Below are positions 62,158 through 64,000 of a stretch of 64,000 nucleotides of DNA, in pieces. Origin of the DNA: an uncultured Candidatus Saccharibacteria bacterium (GTDB lineage: Bacteria; Patescibacteriota; Saccharimonadia; Saccharimonadales; JAUPVS01); the NCBI GenBank assembly GCA_964410185.1, contig CAYPFM010000002.1:134047-198046 (forward strand), given 5' to 3'. The position numbers and the translations under genes are program-made. Below the pieces are notes generated by a model that made no database searches, was not told where the DNA came from, and saw nothing but the letters and a program-made list of their open reading frames with translations. How positions within the stretch are numbered: position 1 is the first letter of the stretch; each line of letters starts with the position of its first letter.

Positions 62158-62727
62158 CTAGTAGTCGATACCCTTATTAGCCAAAAACTTGTCGTCGAAG
62201 TGGTGTTTGAGCTTGGTCATGTTGGTAGCGATGTCGACCAACTCGATGAATTCTTCAGGGAAATTGCGGCCCGTTAGGCATAGACTGGTGCCCTTGGCGC
62301 GATCTTTAATGAGCTTTTTCAGCTGCGCCTTGGTAAGGAGTCCGTTATTGACGGCGTTATTGATTTCGTCGCAGACAACCAGCTGGAACTTGCCGCTGGT
62401 GGCGCATTGGTAGGCTTGATCATAGGTTTCTTGGGCGGCTTGCTTATGCTCGGCTTCACTAACCCCTTTGGCGCTAATTTCGCCGGCGTTATAAAAGCCC
62501 TTCCCGCCCTTAAAGAAGTACAGTTTATCACCAAATATGGGTTGAATTTTGGCAATAAAGCGATGTTCGCCAACTTCCCAGTGCTTGATGAATTGAATGA
62601 AGGCCACTGTCCAGTCGGTGCCGAGCGCACGGGTCATCAAACCCATGCTGGCACTGGTCTTCCCTTTACTTTCACCGGTATAGACGATAACTACCGCTTG
62701 TTTTTGTTTAAAATCCTCAAAGGCCAT
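62158..62727 (-). CDS. CobA/CobO/BtuR-family ATP:corrinoid adenosyltransferase-like P-loop protein
   Basis: 189 aa; VIVYTGESKGKTSASMGL, VAFIQFIK, LVVCDEINNAV. Confidence 0.7.
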   Translation of the reverse strand: MAFEDFKQKQAVVIVYTGESKGKTSASMGLMTRALGTDWTVAFIQFIKHWEVGEHRFIAKIQPIFGDKLYFFKGGKGFYNAGEISAKGVSEAEHKQAAQETYDQAYQCATSGKFQLVVCDEINNAVNNGLLTKAQLKKLIKDRAKGTSLCLTGRNFPEEFIELVDIATNMTKLKHHFDDKFLANKGIDY

Positions 62728-62751
62728 GGCGATATTATGCCTGATAACAAC

Positions 62752-63285
62752 TTATTTAAAAAGCTTGTGAACGGTATGTTGACCGTCATCAACCTCGTCG
62801 TCGCTGTAGAAGGCCGCCAAAAAGACGCCCAGTAACTCGGTGCGGTCCAATAGGTCGTCGTAGATGGTATCGAACTTATCTCCAATGAACTCTCGGGCGG
62901 CCGAGAATATCCGGTTAACTTCAGCCTCTTTGGGTAGTGACTGTTGGATGAAGTTGACTGCTTGCGGCCACTTGCCTTCATTTTGTCGAGCGCCTCGCCA
63001 GACGTGGTAGGCTTCGCTCTGCGTTTCGATGTAGGCCGACAGCTCTTCTTTTGAGATCTCTTTGTGAACAGTTGCGAGTAGCTCGGTCAGGAGTACGGAT
63101 TCGGGGGTATGGTTGGTGAGCTGGACGGTATTGAGGGCGGCCGATGGCTCACGGAAGGCCTGGTTAAAAAAGTTATTCTCCAAAAACACCTGCGAATTAA
63201 TAGGCGGCGCTTCGAGGCCGAGATTTTGGAACAATTGCTCGACCGCTGGTTCTTGTGGGGGGTCGTCGCGTTCTCCCATGGTCAT
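62752..63285 (-). CDS. Hypothetical acidic protein
   Basis: 177-aa intact ORF. No motif recognised. Confidence 0.4.
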   Translation of the reverse strand: MTMGERDDPPQEPAVEQLFQNLGLEAPPINSQVFLENNFFNQAFREPSAALNTVQLTNHTPESVLLTELLATVHKEISKEELSAYIETQSEAYHVWRGARQNEGKWPQAVNFIQQSLPKEAEVNRIFSAAREFIGDKFDTIYDDLLDRTELLGVFLAAFYSDDEVDDGQHTVHKLFK

Positions 63286-63287
63286 GA

Positions 63288-63566
63288 TTATTCCGCCGGC
63301 TTTGGTGACCCGGCCGCCAGGGCCGCGTCAATTTTAGGTCGGTCGAAGCCGACAATGATTGTGCCATCAATATCGAGAACTGGGATACCCATCTGGCCGG
63401 ACTTTTGGACAACGGCCTGAGCATTGGCTGGATCTTGCTCGATATCTTTGTCGGTGTAGGTGACGCCAAGCTTGTCGAGATAATCCTTGGCAGCATGGCA
63501 GAAAGCACACCAAGTGGCGCTATATATGGTGATATTTGGTTGGTTGGTTGCGCTAGGTGTAGTCAT
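63288..63566 (-). CDS. Glutaredoxin/NrdH-like thiol-disulfide protein
   Basis: Start MTTPSATNQPNITIYSATWCAFCHAAKDYL (CxxC) ...GIPVLDIDG. The track's longer frame (to 63719) overlaps atpB upstream sequence. Confidence 0.8.
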   Translation of the reverse strand: MTTPSATNQPNITIYSATWCAFCHAAKDYLDKLGVTYTDKDIEQDPANAQAVVQKSGQMGIPVLDIDGTIIVGFDRPKIDAALAAGSPKPAE

Positions 63567-63687
63567 AGTAATTATTATAGCACCTCTTGCAGCACTTAGC
63601 TCACTCCTGTTATACTTGCTGTCAGATGAAGAGACACAACGCCGCCGATACGACGACGACTGTACTGCCCTATGGGGGTCAGTTCTA

Positions 63688-64000
63688 GTGTTTCGCTCGA
63701 TTTTTGCCGCTGCCGACATTCATGTCAGCCTTCGAGCTGAGCCGCTGTTTGACATCGGTCCGCTGCATGTGACGAACTCAATCTTGTACGGCTTCATTTG
63801 TTCGGTGGCTATTGTATTGATGATGGTCTGGGCCAACAAACTGATTACCTTCCGCCCCAAAAAAGGCTTCTTCCGCAACAGTATTGAGTACATGGTGGAG
63901 TTTATTATTAACTTGCTGGAGGGCGCCTTTGGTAGTCGCGAGAAAGCCGCCAAGTTTGCCCCGTATTTTGGGGTTTATTTCATCTTTATTATCTTCTCGA
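63688..64000 (+). CDS. atpB: F0F1 ATP synthase subunit a (partial, runs off window; GTG start provisional)
   Basis: My translation: (V)FRSIFAAADIHVSLRAEPLFDIGPLHVTNSILYGFICSVAIVLMMVW...FRPKKGFFRNSIEYMVEFI. GGGGG lies 9 nt upstream of GTG 63688. It is not in the ORF track. Confidence 0.7.
   Translation, partial: MFRSIFAAADIHVSLRAEPLFDIGPLHVTNSILYGFICSVAIVLMMVWANKLITFRPKKGFFRNSIEYMVEFIINLLEGAFGSREKAAKFAPYFGVYFIFIIFS

Noticed and set aside
63720-63953. Track ORF (77 aa, minus).
   Set aside because: The opposite (plus) strand frame encodes a convincing ATP synthase subunit a N-terminus (IHVSLRAEPLFDIGPLHVTNS...) that continues past the window end.

Overview
This is a dense 64-kb chromosomal window of roughly 50% GC by eye. 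It uses the standard genetic code, since TGA serves as a stop (for example at the cyoB/cyoC ATGA junction). I call about 70 CDS and three tRNA genes (Leu-CAA, Ser-GGA, Asn-GTT), all with encoded CCA. I found no rRNA, CRISPR array, integrase or IS transposase. The gene content includes two sortases, an LPXTG-like substrate, a type IV pilin-like protein, many lysine-tailed hypothetical secreted proteins, nucleotide-salvage enzymes, SmpB, GluRS and PyrH. This suggests a reduced, Gram-positive-type episymbiont, probably Patescibacteria/Saccharibacteria-like; that is inference, as there is no marker rRNA in the window. Five blocks stand out. (1) An aerobic module: NDH-2, an FAD-linked oxidase, cyoABCD and heme O synthase, with CyoD fused to a cupredoxin-like domain and followed by a paralogous stand-alone copy. 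(2) A translationally coupled crtE-crtB-crtI-crtYe-crtYf-crtEb operon in the gene order of actinobacterial C50 carotenoid clusters. (3) A 9-kb cell-surface locus that combines WxL/DUF916-like proteins with a phage-tail-fibre-like protein, a 700-aa sequon-rich repeat protein, a glycosyltransferase and a methyltransferase. (4) Candidate host-envelope glycanases: GH76, DUF4185-like and GH5-like. (5) Non-coding structure. This includes a three-member hairpin-repeat family with a conserved apical module and fully divergent stems, a 146-nt AT-rich palindrome, nested hairpins upstream of tRNA-Ser, and decayed tRNA 3' fragments beside all three tRNA genes. All functional calls come from motif recognition by eye; no database search was run.
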